Assembly (NCBI RefSeq): GCF_036321535.1
Contig: NC_087472.1
Location: 92,568,001 to 92,632,000 of the forward strand
Length of the DNA: 64,000 bases
Direction of reading: 5' to 3'
From: Camelus dromedarius
Taxonomy: Eukaryota
The notes under the pieces were generated by a model, which worked only from the letters and a program-made list of their open reading frames with translations, did no database searches and was not told where the DNA came from. The translations under genes were made by a program, and so were the position numbers. The first letter of the stretch is position 1; the number at the start of each line of letters is the position of its first letter. Below, piece after piece: positions 1 through 12,169 of the stretch.

Positions 1-1644
1 TTCAATGACATGTTTTCAAACTTCATCCACCCCCACCCACAAAGACTGGCACCAACGGCCCTCATTCCAGAAGCACAGTGTGTTGAGAGAGAATATTACT
101 GATGGGCATGTGCTGGGTCATGGGTATTGTGTTGAGGAATATAACAATGTTGAGAACCACTAATTTGAAGACAGATATAGGCTTATTTCATGCATATATC
201 TTGTAATGTTCCATTACAATTTGCAGCAAATTTGAACAGCCATATATGAAGTTTACCATTTAATTATGATATCCATCCAGAATGCATGTTTTTCTAATGG
301 CAGATATTTAACTGTATTTATGAGAACAGACTCAGCAAGTTACAAAATCTACAAAGAGTTCGTATAAAAGTGAAAAGGCTTTAATCTAGACTTGTCTCAT
401 GCTGCCCACAAATGTAGAGCTCTAGATTAAAATGTTATTTTCCATAAACTGTCAGAAGAATCTCTCACCTGTATTACTTCAAATATGTGTACCTGACAGG
501 CCATGAAGTCTCCAAGTATCTAAAACATTGCCCCTTTGGGACAAAAAAGCACCATGTGAAAATCTTTTTTAGCAGAGCAGCTCTGCTGGATCTTATGAAA
601 TGTGAACAGAGAGAAGCTATCTGAGGGGCTGTCCTCCACTGATTGGACCTAGGCTGAATTTGTGCACAAGTGAGAGGGAAGTTAGGGTATGAGGAGGCCA
701 ATTCCCTTTCTGATGTACCTTGATTTGAAACCTTGTTTATCAGAGGTGTTGCATACTGGATCAAAGAAAACTGACCCAACCATGTCTTCTTAATAGAAAG
801 TGTCAGAGATAGATGAACAAAGAGAACTGGGGTCACCTGAGCTCATGTTATATCCCAATAAGGTAGGCCTTTAATTTCTGGTTCACCCTGACAGGTGAGG
901 TACAGTCCTGTCTTCAAGAGTATGCCTGTACAACTCACAGTCCTCAAGGTATACCACCTTAAAGTTAATCTGTACACTTCTCTTTCTTGCAGCTGATGTG
1001 CCACACTATTTATTATAATGAGAATATTATCCTTCACTTGGAACACATATAAAATATAATTTAAAAAACAGTGATTTCTACAAAGTAGTTACAATCTGAT
1101 TCAGAGGTGAATTGATTCCCAAAACAAAGAAAGGTATTAGATTTTATAAATTTTTTATCTGGTTATATTTCTAGTACAGTAAAACTCATAAGAAATTAGA
1201 AACAAGCTAAGCAATAGAAAACTCCTGTGTTAATCCTTGTCTGGGGACTAACCTTTCCCATATCAAGTTTTAAAAGTGGCAATAATCAAAACATAATAAT
1301 ATGAAAAACACGGAAAGGAAGTCATAATTTATCAACCAATGGTAAAAATGGAGGTAAGACCAGTGAGCTGCCTTTTAAACTAAATAATCAAACTTGAAAG
1401 ACCCTCTCTTAGATGGCATGGAATTGCTTGACCTGGTCATACTTATTTGTGTTCATACATGAAGCACTGGACCCAAGCCACAGTATAAAGCTAAAGTAGA
1501 ATAGATTTCTAGTTACAAAGCCATTCAGCATGGCTTCTTCAAGGGAAAGTCCTTGATAAATATTACTCAGATGAATGAATAGCAACAGCTATTACAACAT
1601 CATGCACAGCTTTTCATAGTGTATATTCTATATGGCCTTGCAGA

Positions 1645-1945
1645 AGCAGTCTCCAAGTTATATTCCATTTAATCCAAGTTTCTCTACAGATATCAATAGA
1701 TTCTGTGGGCAAAAAGGGTTCTCTGTTCAAATGCTCGTAGGGCATACTGTGTGCTAAGAACGTCCCTCAGAGCATCAACATACATACCAGCAAATTAAAA
1801 GTTCTGACAAGTCCCGCAGGCATTTATTAAATGTACCTGTATTGATTTGTTTTTCCCCAAATTGATCAAACTTCGTAGAACTATTTACCAAGGAATACTT
1901 ATGAATATCTCCCAGAAAACTGACATACTATGATATAGTTTGGTC
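1645..1945. mobile_element. Ancient hAT-Charlie relic (MER112-like)
   Basis: aaagggttctctgttcaaatg...aaaagttctgacaagtcccgcag resembles my recollection of the consensus. Confidence 0.45.
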
Positions 1946-2929
1946 TATTGCCATACAGACATATGTCTTCAATCAAACTATCCTAAAGTAGATAAGAGCA
2001 TTTAAATTTTGCAGGAAGAAAACTAGGGGAATTGTTAATTCCCAATTCTTACTCAAATATTAAAAAATAAATGAATGATTACTATGTTTCTACTTATATG
2101 GACTCCAAAATTTAATAAGCTAAAATTTGACTTAAAAGACTTTCCAACGTTGACAATATTTTCTAGCAGTAACTAAAAGATGTAAGAAAGTCTAGAAGTT
2201 AAAAAAAAAAAAAGTTTGAAATGACTCTTGCCTTCAAACACAAGAGAATTATAAGATTTTGCTTTCTATTAGTGTAGCGATGGCTGAAAATGGCTTCAAC
2301 TGCTCTGCTTTTGTGAACTAAATTAGCATTGGCTGCAGAGTCTTAAATATTTTAAGTTATTTCAGAAAATCAGTGTTTTTACCCTCTTTCTCAATTTCTG
2401 CAGAATTCTTTCCTTAAATTGCAAGAAACACTATAAGAAGATAATAATAATTCCTATGATGTTCATGAACACTATGTAAAAATGGGAGAGGAAAACAGTA
2501 TGTGTTCTTAAAACATGATTTTCTTTAAATATAACCAGACAAGATTATGTCTTTTGACTAAATTGTGATCATCTTTCACAGCCACTTAGACGCGAAAGAT
2601 AAAGTGCTGACAGCTTCTGTCTCAAGTCGTCTTGAAGCTAATAAGAGATTTGATGCCAACCTGGCAGCATCAATGCCCTGTTGGATAGGCAATGTGAGTC
2701 CCTGAGTCTGGGTGAGAAATCTGGCCTGGCAGCTAGGGGAATTTCTACAGAAAGCTATCAAAGGCAGAAAAAGGAGCTGCATTTTGAATTGTTAAAATAA
2801 ACAAGCAAACAAACAAAAACCCTATCATCTAAATATGATGGATTAGAATTTCCACCATGGACTGTTGGCATTCTTAGATTTCATATTATTAGTTCAAATA
2901 TTTAAGAACATCCTTTAAAGGTCATGATA

Positions 2930-3900
2930 TAGTTAAATCCATTTGTCTTTTTCCAGTATGGTTTTCTTCCTTTATGGTTATATTTTAAAAGCATTTTTCC
3001 ACCCCAGTGTTATAGAAGTATTCATCTAAAGTTTGTCTGGTAGTTTTGAAGTTTCAATTTTATATTTGCATCTTTACTCCACCTAATGTTAATTTTGGTG
3101 TATGTTATACAGTAAAGATCTGACTTCTTCCTTTTCAAATGATAATATTTGTCCAAATACCATTTAAAAAACAAATGTCCATCAACAGATGACTGGATGA
3201 AGAAGATATGGTCCATATATACAATGGAACACTACTCAGCCATAAAAAAGAATAAAACAATGCCATTTGCAGCAATATGGATGGACCTGAAGATTGTCAT
3301 TCTAAGTGAAGTGGGCCAGAAAGAGAAAGAAAAATTCTATATGACATCATGTATATGAGGAATCTAAAAAATAATAATAATAACAATAAGGACACAAATC
3401 AACTACTTATTATTTATAACTAAGATGATTGATTTCTTGAATATGTGGAAGCACATTTCACTGTCCTTTATGATTGGATTACAGCATTCTGTTGATTCTT
3501 ATTTTGTAGTTGGCTTTATTCCTTTGATAACTATGTAAGATTAAAAAGGTTAAGCTCTGATCTGTTCTTAGAAACAATAATCAGTACATATATGTAAACT
3601 AAAAAAATGTGCAGTATACTGTATATATGTATTTATATGCAATATAATGTGTACTGCAGTCAAACTGTAATAATTCTACCTAATAAAACTGAAAAAGGAA
3701 AAAAAACCAAACCTTTTTTCACCATTGTTTGAAATAAATATTTTAAAGTGCTACATTCATATTTATACTTGTTTTCATTTGTGTGCTCATTCTGCTCCAC
3801 AGTTGTATCTCATGTGTCTGTCTATCCCTACAACAGTAATAATACCTTTACATAAATTACCGAAGCTTTAATATGTACTTTAATACTGAATGTAAAATTG
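2930..3900 (-). mobile_element. Old, fragmented L1M relic interrupted by younger insertions
   Basis: T-rich antisense L1 ORF2-like text, e.g. ttttggtgtatgttatacagtaaagatctgacttc...ccaaataccattta. Confidence 0.5.
3165..3405 (+). mobile_element. Young L1 fragment (ORF2 C-terminus plus start of 3'UTR)
   Basis: The ORF reads KCPSTDDWMKKIWSIYTMEHYSAIKKNKTMPFAAIWMDLKIVILSEV, the L1 ORF2 C-terminus. It is similar to the copy at 58.4 kb. Confidence 0.9.
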
Positions 3901-3989
3901 ATCATTTTATTATTGAAAAAAATTGAACATTTAGCATGGATTTATTCTAGGATTTTTTTTTACATCTTTGGAATTGGAATCACTAGTGA

Positions 3990-5100
3990 AGAAGTTCCTC
4001 TAATAAAAGCCTGTACTTCAATAATTTTATCAGCAAACACTTGGAAAATTTCCAGAATCAAAAGATTCCAAAGCCAATGAAATTACTGCAAAGCACTGAA
4101 AAGATGAACTCCCAACTTACTTTGTAAAGCTAGTATAAATGTTATACTAGAAGATGGCATGAAAAATAGATCAGTCTCTTGTCAAAAATACTAAATAAAG
4201 ACCTATTAAAAGCACTTGATCAAATTCATTGTCTATTCTGAGGATTCAATCAAACTAAGAGTACAAGTATCTATTCTTCATCAAATAAAGATAATCTAAA
4301 ACATCCTGCTAAGACAAAGACAAATACTATACGATCTCACTTATATGTGGAATCTAAAAAAGCAGAAATCATAGAAACAGAGACTCAAGTGTGGTTAACA
4401 GGGGCTAGGGGGTGGGGAGATGCTTGTCAAAGGGTACAAACTTCCAGTTATAAGATGAACAAGTTCTGAGGATCTAATTATAGCAGGGTGACTATAGTTA
4501 ATAATACTGTATTGTATTCTTGAAAGTTGCTTAGACAGTAGATCTTAAATGTTCTCAAAAAAAAAAAAAGATAGCTATGTAACATGAGAGACATTTTAGC
4601 TAAGGCTATGGTGGTAATCATTTTGCAATATATAAGTGTATCAAATTAACACACTGTACACCTTAAACTTATACAACATTACATGTCAACTATGTCTCAA
4701 AAAAAACATCCTGTTTAATGGTAAAAAATCAAGTTAAAAACAAGTAGCCAGATTTTATGGCTATTATTTAATATTGCTTTAGAAGTCCTGGCTAATGACA
4801 TTACACAAGGAAAACAAGAAGTATATCAATCTTGGAAAGATGATCGTCTGAAAAAAGATGAAATACTAACTGAAAAACAATTAGGACTAATTACAGAACT
4901 CAGTTACAAAATTAAAATACTAAAATAAATCAATGCATTTCCTTTATACCAGCATTAGTAAACAAAATAGGAACATCCACAAATATCTAAAAATCTATAT
5001 AACAATAAAACAAAATAATTTGAGACACAAAAGACAACATGAATAAACAGAAAAATAAGGTAAACTTTCAAGTGAGAAGAGTCAATATTTTGATGTGTAT
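3990..5100 (+). mobile_element. Old L1M ORF2 relic hosting the nested L1MA-type 3' end
   Basis: A-rich degenerate ORF2-like text, e.g. tatttaatattgctttagaagtcctggctaatg and aataaatcaatgcatttcctttataccagca. Confidence 0.6.
4311..4702 (+). mobile_element. L1MA-type 3' end with TSD
   Basis: Typical 3'UTR (atctcacttatatgtggaatctaaaaa...gggtacaaacttccagttataagatgaac). AAAACATCCTG is repeated at 4298-4308 and 4703-4713. Confidence 0.88.
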
Positions 5101-5219
5101 TTTGGTCAAAAAGTGTTTTAGAGAATAATAAAAAAGATTGCCAGTTTCCAAAATAGCTTTACTTGATTTATTCAGAATAAATTTACATTATTTTTTAAGA
5201 TACTTTCACTTTTCTAAGA

Positions 5220-5722
5220 TAGAGATCAGCTGATGTCACTGCCTTCCTCAAAAATCTTCACTAGTTCCCAACTGCCTACAGCATGTCATTTGAAGGCTTT
5301 GGGTTGTCATCTGATACCTCTAAGATCAAGATCCAGTCCCCTATCCCCCTAAACTCTCCATTCAGCATCCACTCCTCAGCAAAACTAGGCTTTCCTGTCT
5401 CCTTAATCATATTTTCACCATTCTTGAAGCCCCAGACCAAATTCTAAGTACCTCCTTTGTGGAATCTGACCTCATCTCTGTTTGAAATTAACATTCTTTC
5501 TCCTCTGTGTTGTGACAACAATTTGTTTGCAAATCTACACTAGCACTTATTCTTATTGTTCTATTATGAAATACTTATTATATGTGGTTATTATTGTACT
5601 GTATAAATGATAAGGTCCTTCAGGGCAGAGCTCATGGAATATTTACACTTACGTTCCCTACCACACCACAGGCACAGCATATTGTATTTAGTAAGTAATC
5701 AATAAATGTTTGATGAATTTAT
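5220..5722 (+). mobile_element. L2 3' portion
   Basis: atgtcactgccttcctcaaaaatcttca...taaggtccttcagggcagag...tcaataaatgtttgatgaat. Confidence 0.7.
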
Positions 5723-5799
5723 TAAAATTAGTAACATTAATGGAATATAAGGGAGTACATATTACTCTCTTCAATTTAATTATAGCTATCATTTTCAGA

Positions 5800-6050
5800 T
5801 GTTCAGCATGTTCCATATAATATGCTAAGCAACTTCCATTTTATTCTCACACAGCTTGACCAAATAGGTATTATTAGCCTCATTTGTCATACGATCTGCT
5901 AAGCACCTTACATTTCATTCCATTTTATTCTCACACAACTCTATGAACTAGGCAGTTAGTGGTCTCATTTTTCAGTTAACCAATAGAGAGTATCTTGCTC
6001 CAAAGTGGCAGACCCACACTTTAAATCCAACTCAATTTGACTCTAAGACT
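5800..6050. mobile_element. MIR with internal duplication
   Basis: tgctaagc...ctcacacaactctatgaactagg...tttaaatccaactcaatttgactctaag. Confidence 0.65.
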
Positions 6051-6349
6051 CTGTGTGTGTCTGTGTGCACAAAAAGGTTAAGTTAGTAGAAGAAAAGGTA
6101 TTAAGCCCTAAGAATGAACGGAAATGATGAAAGTTCCAGAAGAAACATGTACAACAATGTACAAACATTTGCTACTTTGGCACCACAAAGAATCACAGAG
6201 AAAGAAAAGGTTAGGGACACATTTTTTCCTGGCAAAGGGCACTAAACCAGGGAATTAAGAGAGCCATGGTTCAAGTGTAATTAAGAAAGACTTGGGCAAA
6301 ACAGATGAATTATGTGGTATGTGGATTATATCACAATACAGCTATTAAA

Positions 6350-7245
6350 AATAATTACTTGAGGAGCTTTTTAAAAATCCAGACCTATGTGATCTACCTC
6401 AAGGAATTCTGCCTAGGCAGATCAGGAGAAGGACACAGGAATCTGCATTTTAGTTTTATTTTTTAATAATTATTTTCCTTTATTTACCAGTTTTCATATT
6501 AATGAGTTGACTCTCTAACATCTTCCAAAGTTAAATATTTTAATATCATTATAATCCAGAGGATTTAAACATATTTTATGCATTTAAATCCATTGCAGTT
6601 ATTACTCTAGTTGACACTCAAATTGTCCCACTGGCTGGTGGGAGCCTTTTTAAGTTGGCCCAACCACATCTTGTACATTCTCTGCCCATGACCTAGAATC
6701 AGCTGGATGATTTCTCCAAGCTTTCTTCTTTTTACTGAGAAGTGATATTAGGAATCTTGGCACTGGGGGTGCATCCTGCCATTGAGTAGGTCCTTGTTTC
6801 TAAGCCATTTCAAGGAACAGAGATAAATACTTTTTAAAAGATAAAATGCACCATGGGTTCATTTTATTTCAAATGCAAGGACACTTTTTATTTTTCACGA
6901 ACTTCCTTGATGTCACATCTACATCTTCCTTCATTATTGCTGATAACCATAGTTCCCAACACCACATAATTTCACATTCCATAATATATACCCAAGGGCG
7001 TCAGGATGGTAATACCAGTACTACCAACAGCAATATAATTACTGAAAATTGTTTTTAGTTTTTTTCCATTTCTTCTTGTCTCTGCATCCTACTAGGGATG
7101 GACTATCAAATTATGGTGTCTTAAAATCTCTTTAACTAGTTTCTTCACCTGTGATTATGCTACTGATATATCATTTTTTAGAAACCACCTCTAGCTAATT
7201 CTGATGCAAGAGTTTAACTGCTCCCATTTTCAGAATCACTGGCAT
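6350..7245. mobile_element. MER5-like hAT-Charlie element split into two halves (about 6350-6455 and 7175-7245)
   Basis: gaggagctttttaaaaatccaga...caggaatctgcatttt continues after the insertion as ...aattctgatgca...cagaatcactg. Confidence 0.65.
6455..7175. mobile_element. L1MC-type 3'UTR fragment inserted into a MER5-type element
   Basis: ctcaaattgtcccactggctggtgggagcctttttaagttggcc resembles the L1MC4/5 3'UTR. MER5-like halves lie on both sides. Confidence 0.6.
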
Positions 7246-7289
7246 AGAGGGTTAAAATGGAGAGCCACTATATTTAGTTTTTCAAGTCA

Positions 7290-7395
7290 TACATCACACA
7301 TCTTCAGTGGTGCCACTTGTATTATATGCTACATGAATGTCACCCTCTGAACTTGTGCAGTGCACAATCTGTACAGATATGAGCAATATCCCCAT
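7290..7395. mobile_element. MER91-like hAT-Tip100 relic
   Basis: caccctctgaacttgtgcagtgcacaatctg resembles the MER91 core. Confidence 0.55.
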
Positions 7396-9079
7396 AAAGG
7401 TACAAGGTATGATGGGAGAAGAGAAGACAAACATTTCCTCAATATCTACAATCTGCCAGTTACTGTGTAGGCAAGGCAGATAGATAGATATACTTTATGT
7501 AAGTTATCTATCAACCTTACTGACATCATTTAAAGTTAGGTATTATCACCCCTGCTGTACATATGAAGAAACTTGCATTCAGAGAACTTTAATAACATTC
7601 CCCATGTTGTACAACTAGAAATAATTCCTTCATCCATTCAATTCATAAACAGCAATTAATCTTTACTATATATGCCTGGCACCAAGAGAACTAAAACTAA
7701 ACAACCAAAGAAAAGTTTACTAAAAGAATGATATCATAGACAGAAGTCCAGCCTGGAACCCTATAGCACAATGAGAACTCTATGTGGAATAAAGACTGAA
7801 GAAGTCACCTGTGATCAGGTGGTACTTTGTATTTACAATTGAACCAGGAACATCATAAAAGGATCCAGAAGAATGTATCACAGTACGCTCTCACCTTAAA
7901 TACCATCTTTTTGCAGCAATGATCAAGATAGGCATCAAAGAGCACTTCAAATTTTTAAACCCACAAATTTTCACTGAGCAAACACTGTGTCAAACCCTCG
8001 GTAAGGATAACAAGAAAGAGCTCGATACTTTCGATGGAACCTCAAAAGTCTCCACTTGTAAATTAGGACAGCCTTCTAAATGGTTTCATAAAAATTACAA
8101 GACCATTAAAATGTTCATTTTTACTAAAAGCCCAACTGATCCACAGTGGCCACTCTTCTCCATCTTCCTGAGAAAAAATATTGCCTTCTCCTCCACTCAT
8201 TTCTTTATGTCATTAAGTAAATATATTCCCTGAAACAGAAAACTATCATCTAAAGACACACATTGCCAAGGGCCTATTATGGTAGCTTTTAAGGATATTT
8301 AAAAGATTTCTTGATTTGGAATAGAATTGGCAGTGACTGTGCTGAACCACTTCTCTGAAATGGTTTGTAAAATTAGGAAGGGAAAATTAGCAATTGAATT
8401 CTTATATCCAAGGGGCACTAGCATAAAACACAAGAAAGTATAGCTCTGCTTTAGTTTCATAAGCTTTATAGTGTTTTCTTGTTTTCATAAAGAATATGCT
8501 ATTACCTTCATTAAAAGTAAACTGTTAATAGTCGGAATATAAAAAAAGTACATGTAAATACTCTATGAACTCAAAAAAGACTATCAGGAAGAGTTATCCC
8601 TGCAAAACCAAGTAAATTAATTACCAGCTTTAAACATATAATTTAAAAAGGTAGCACTAAGCAGGAAAAGTTATGTTAAGATGATGAAAAGAGAAGAAAA
8701 TATGATGGTACAATTGACAAAGAATTTAAGACAGTCCGTCATCCAAAAGGACCCAAGTCTCACTTTCAGTATCATCAGTACGTTGATGTAATATTTAACT
8801 TCCTTTTGGCACTCTCACCAGCTTTGCTCTTTTTCTAAATACCCAGTAGCACATCTTCATCCTTCAAATAGGAGCATTTCAAGATCTCAATAGAATTATC
8901 ATTACACTCAATTTGGTCTCTGTCAAAACTCTTTATAACCACGCCACCATAAGCATCATTTAAATTCAAAGCTCCTAGTAGGAGCTTTGAAATAGAAAAT
9001 TCAAAATATCAATGTTCTACTTGACCTTCTGCCCTACTCTTGCCCCCAAAATTATTAAGGCAAAAATACAAAATATTTT

Positions 9080-9370
9080 AACACAGTACTATGGAATTTA
9101 GTCAAACATACAGAAAAATAGAGAAAGGAGTAAAATGAATACCCATGTACCTATTAATAACCTACAGACAATCCTGTTTCCTCCCCATTTCCATTCATCC
9201 TCTCCTCATATTATTTTGATATAAATTCCATTTAAGTATATTTCATCCATAAACTAGTTTGGTGTATATTTCTAAAAAAATAAGGTCATTTTAAACATAA
9301 CCATTATTTCACCTAAAAATAAGTCATGAATATAATCAAACATCCATATATGATCAAATTACTCTGATAC
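9080..9370 (-). mobile_element. L1MC/ME 3' end fragment
   Basis: caaacatacagaaaaatagagaa...aatgaatacccatgtacc is a typical antisense old L1 3' end. Confidence 0.6.
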
Positions 9371-10430
9371 AATAAAAATTTGATGAAACTTATAACGTAT
9401 AATAACAACTACACTTACATGAATAAAACTGCGGTACTGTAATTCTCAATAAGGTTTGAAAAACAAGTCTTGCTCGCAATTAATGGCTTTGAGAATTTGA
9501 CACAGAAAAAAAGTTTATCATGTCTTCTCACAAATCAAATCATTTCAGTAGTCACACTACCAATCATTTGATTCAATTTATTTAATTTAAAGTACTTGAG
9601 CTACCATCAATAACAGTACAACATTGGTTTTAATCAAAAAGATGAGAGGGTGAAAACTTCATCATAAAATGAAGGTCCAAACGTGATCATAGAGGCTTAT
9701 AAGCCTTCATTTACCCAGTTCCTACTTTTCCTTCCCTTGGTAAATGTAATATTTTAAAATTAGTTTGTTTATTTTCCTGTTTTTTTCTATTAAGTTTGGA
9801 CTTAAATTCAACAGACATCTATCACCTTTAGAATTAAAGTGTTGCGCTTTTGGTTACTCATTGAGTCTCAACGTTTCTATACATAAGATAGAAATGGGTT
9901 ATCTGCCATGCCCTTCTCAAATGAATGTTGTAAAGTTCACACAGAATAAGCATCTCTGTAAGGAGAGATGCAAACACACCATGTTACTATTATACCATGT
10001 TTTAGAATAACTTACCAACAAAGCAACTTGGAAAGTCATATAACTGAGTATCCTTTTAATATTTATCTTCATTCCTAGATACCATGGTGTAGCGAAAAAC
10101 ACACGAAAGGAGGAATGCAATTTTTATTATCAACGAACTTATACAATTTTAAATTTTGATTTCAGTAGTAATTTATTCTAATGGGGCCTGATTTCAAGGA
10201 TGATGCATGGTGGTGTTATTCATAATTGTCCAGTATTTTAAGGCACCATTCTTCCAATTCGTTCTTCCAAGAATTATTAGCTCCTTGTACTGGCAACACA
10301 TACTATAAAGAAAGTTAAGGTTCTTGTAGGTTCTCACAGTTTAGAGGCAAAGGCAAACAAATTATTATGCTAGAATATGTTGCAGGCTCTGATGTGTGTT
10401 TGAAGAATCAGAGTACACTTGCAGTACACT

Positions 10431-10656
10431 TGGTCATATCCAAAATATCCGTAAGACATTGGTCTACGCCAAAAGATCTGTGATATTTTGTCATATTTGG
10501 TCCAAGCCAAAACGTCCTTAATTTTGGTCCTGTCCAAAACCATCTGGCATGGACCAAATATTTCATGGGCATTTTGTACAGGACCAAATTACAAGGACCT
10601 TTTGGTATGGGCCAGATATTTTACAGACACTTGGATAGAACCATTTATCTGTTAAC
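10431..10656. mobile_element. Palindromic modular ancient element (MER135-like)
   Basis: TGGTCnnnnCCAAAA-type units occur four times forward and then four times in reverse complement, forming an imperfect ~210 bp palindrome. The family name is from memory only. Confidence 0.6.
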
Positions 10657-10664
10657 CTTGAAGA

Positions 10665-10985
10665 ACATGTTATGAGTCAGTTGAGAAGAAGCCAGGTACA
10701 AAAGACCATGATTCGCATAATTCCACTTAAACAAAATGTGCAAAACAGGCAAATCCATAGAGAAAGGAGATGGCTGGTTGCCTAGGGCTTGGCAGGGAGA
10801 GGAAGGAGGGGAATAGAGAGTGACTCCTAATGGGTACAGTGTCTCTTTTAGGAAGAACCAAATTATTTTAAGATTAGATTATGGTGATGTTTGCACAGCT
10901 CTTTAAATATATTAAAACCATTGAGCCGTACACTGTAAATAGGTGAGTTGTATGCTATATGAATTATAGCACAATAAAACTGTTG
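10665..10985 (+). mobile_element. L1MB/MC 3' end
   Basis: aggcaaatccatagag...ggttgcctagggc...tgactcctaatgggtacag...gaattatagcacaataaaactgtt. Confidence 0.85.
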
Positions 10986-10991
10986 AGAGAG

Positions 10992-11022
10992 GAATGAATG
11001 AATGAATGAATGAATGAATGAA
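10992..11022. repeat. (GAAT)n microsatellite
   Basis: Directly visible. Confidence 0.95.
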
Positions 11023-11189
11023 AATGAATCAAGGCCAGGAAGGTAGGGATGGATAGAGAATGTGGGAACTAACCACTGATATTAAGGACATTATGGAATT
11101 AAATGGGAGATCTACTCTCATTCATGTTAAGAAATATACGAGCTGGCGACACTGCTCTAACAATGCTAAATCATAGCTGTTGTTCACTA

Positions 11190-11402
11190 AGCAGTTACTA
11201 TTTTGCAGGCCTTTTTTCAATGGCTTTACATTTATTACCACATTTAATATTCACAACACGATATAATTACACCTATTTTACAGGTCATTAAACTGAGGCA
11301 ACCAGTTAAGTAACTTGCCTGTTGTCACACATATACAAAGTGCCACCACCATAATTTGAAGCCAGGCAGTTGGTGTCCAGAATTCGTGCTGTTAATCATT
11401 AT
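11190..11402. mobile_element. MIR
   Basis: cctattttacaggtcattaaactgaggca...gttaagtaacttgcct is the MIR core. Confidence 0.8.
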
Positions 11403-12169
11403 GGGATTCAACCTATCGTGTTCTGTATAAAAGAATTGCCTATCACATCTCTAAAAAACAAATATAGGATTTCACGATAGTAGAGACCTCATTCCTAATT
11501 AAGGTGTTTTAATGACTTAAGTAAACAGACCTGATATCTTTCAAAGTAAAACTCTAAGATCTGCCTTGAACAAATGCTCTGAGAGACAGAGCAACCCATC
11601 GCGTAATAGCTGACATTTCCGAGCCAGGCACACTTAGATTCAAATCCAAGTTTTATGACTTACTAGCTGTGTGGTCTTAAGAAGGGCATCTAATTTATCT
11701 GTATGATAATATATACCTCACAGTGTTCTTCAATAGATTACATGAGACAACATATGGTATCAGACACTGGTATAAACCCAATAAATAGTGATTTATTATT
11801 ATTTGGGCAATCAACCTTTGTATCTCCTAGAGTTTAACTATTTTCATCGTTACCCTTTTGATTTGCTAGTTCTATGAGGGTAACTGTTACTGCAGTGCTA
11901 GATAAACAGGGTCCACTGCAAATATATTGACTAACAAAAAATCCTATAAAAGACAAATCTAATGTCACTAGATTTTGCAGGAAAATTTGATGAACATAAA
12001 AGATTGTTACATCCAGCTTTAATTTGAATATTCACTGAATTAATACAGATAACTCATAGATTCTCTATAGGAAGGCATTAAGACATAAGTGGCAATTTCA
12101 GTCATATAATAGATGCTATAAATGCAATTCCATTTCACATTCACTGTAAGTAATATTCTTCTTTGGCAT

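Noticed and set aside
469..519. Possible 51-nt minus-strand exon (ILGDFMACQVHIFEVIQ) with CAG|GTGAGA donor
   Set aside because: The acceptor context is weak and the peptide unrecognised. Such matches are expected by chance in 64 kb.
474..1046. Processed pseudogene or coding relic in the GC-richer opening segment
   Set aside because: I recognise no protein in the frames I read, and there is no poly(A) tail or TSD.
10431..10643. CRISPR-like repeat-spacer array
   Set aside because: The context is mammalian, the units are degenerate and switch orientation at the centre, and there are no cas genes.
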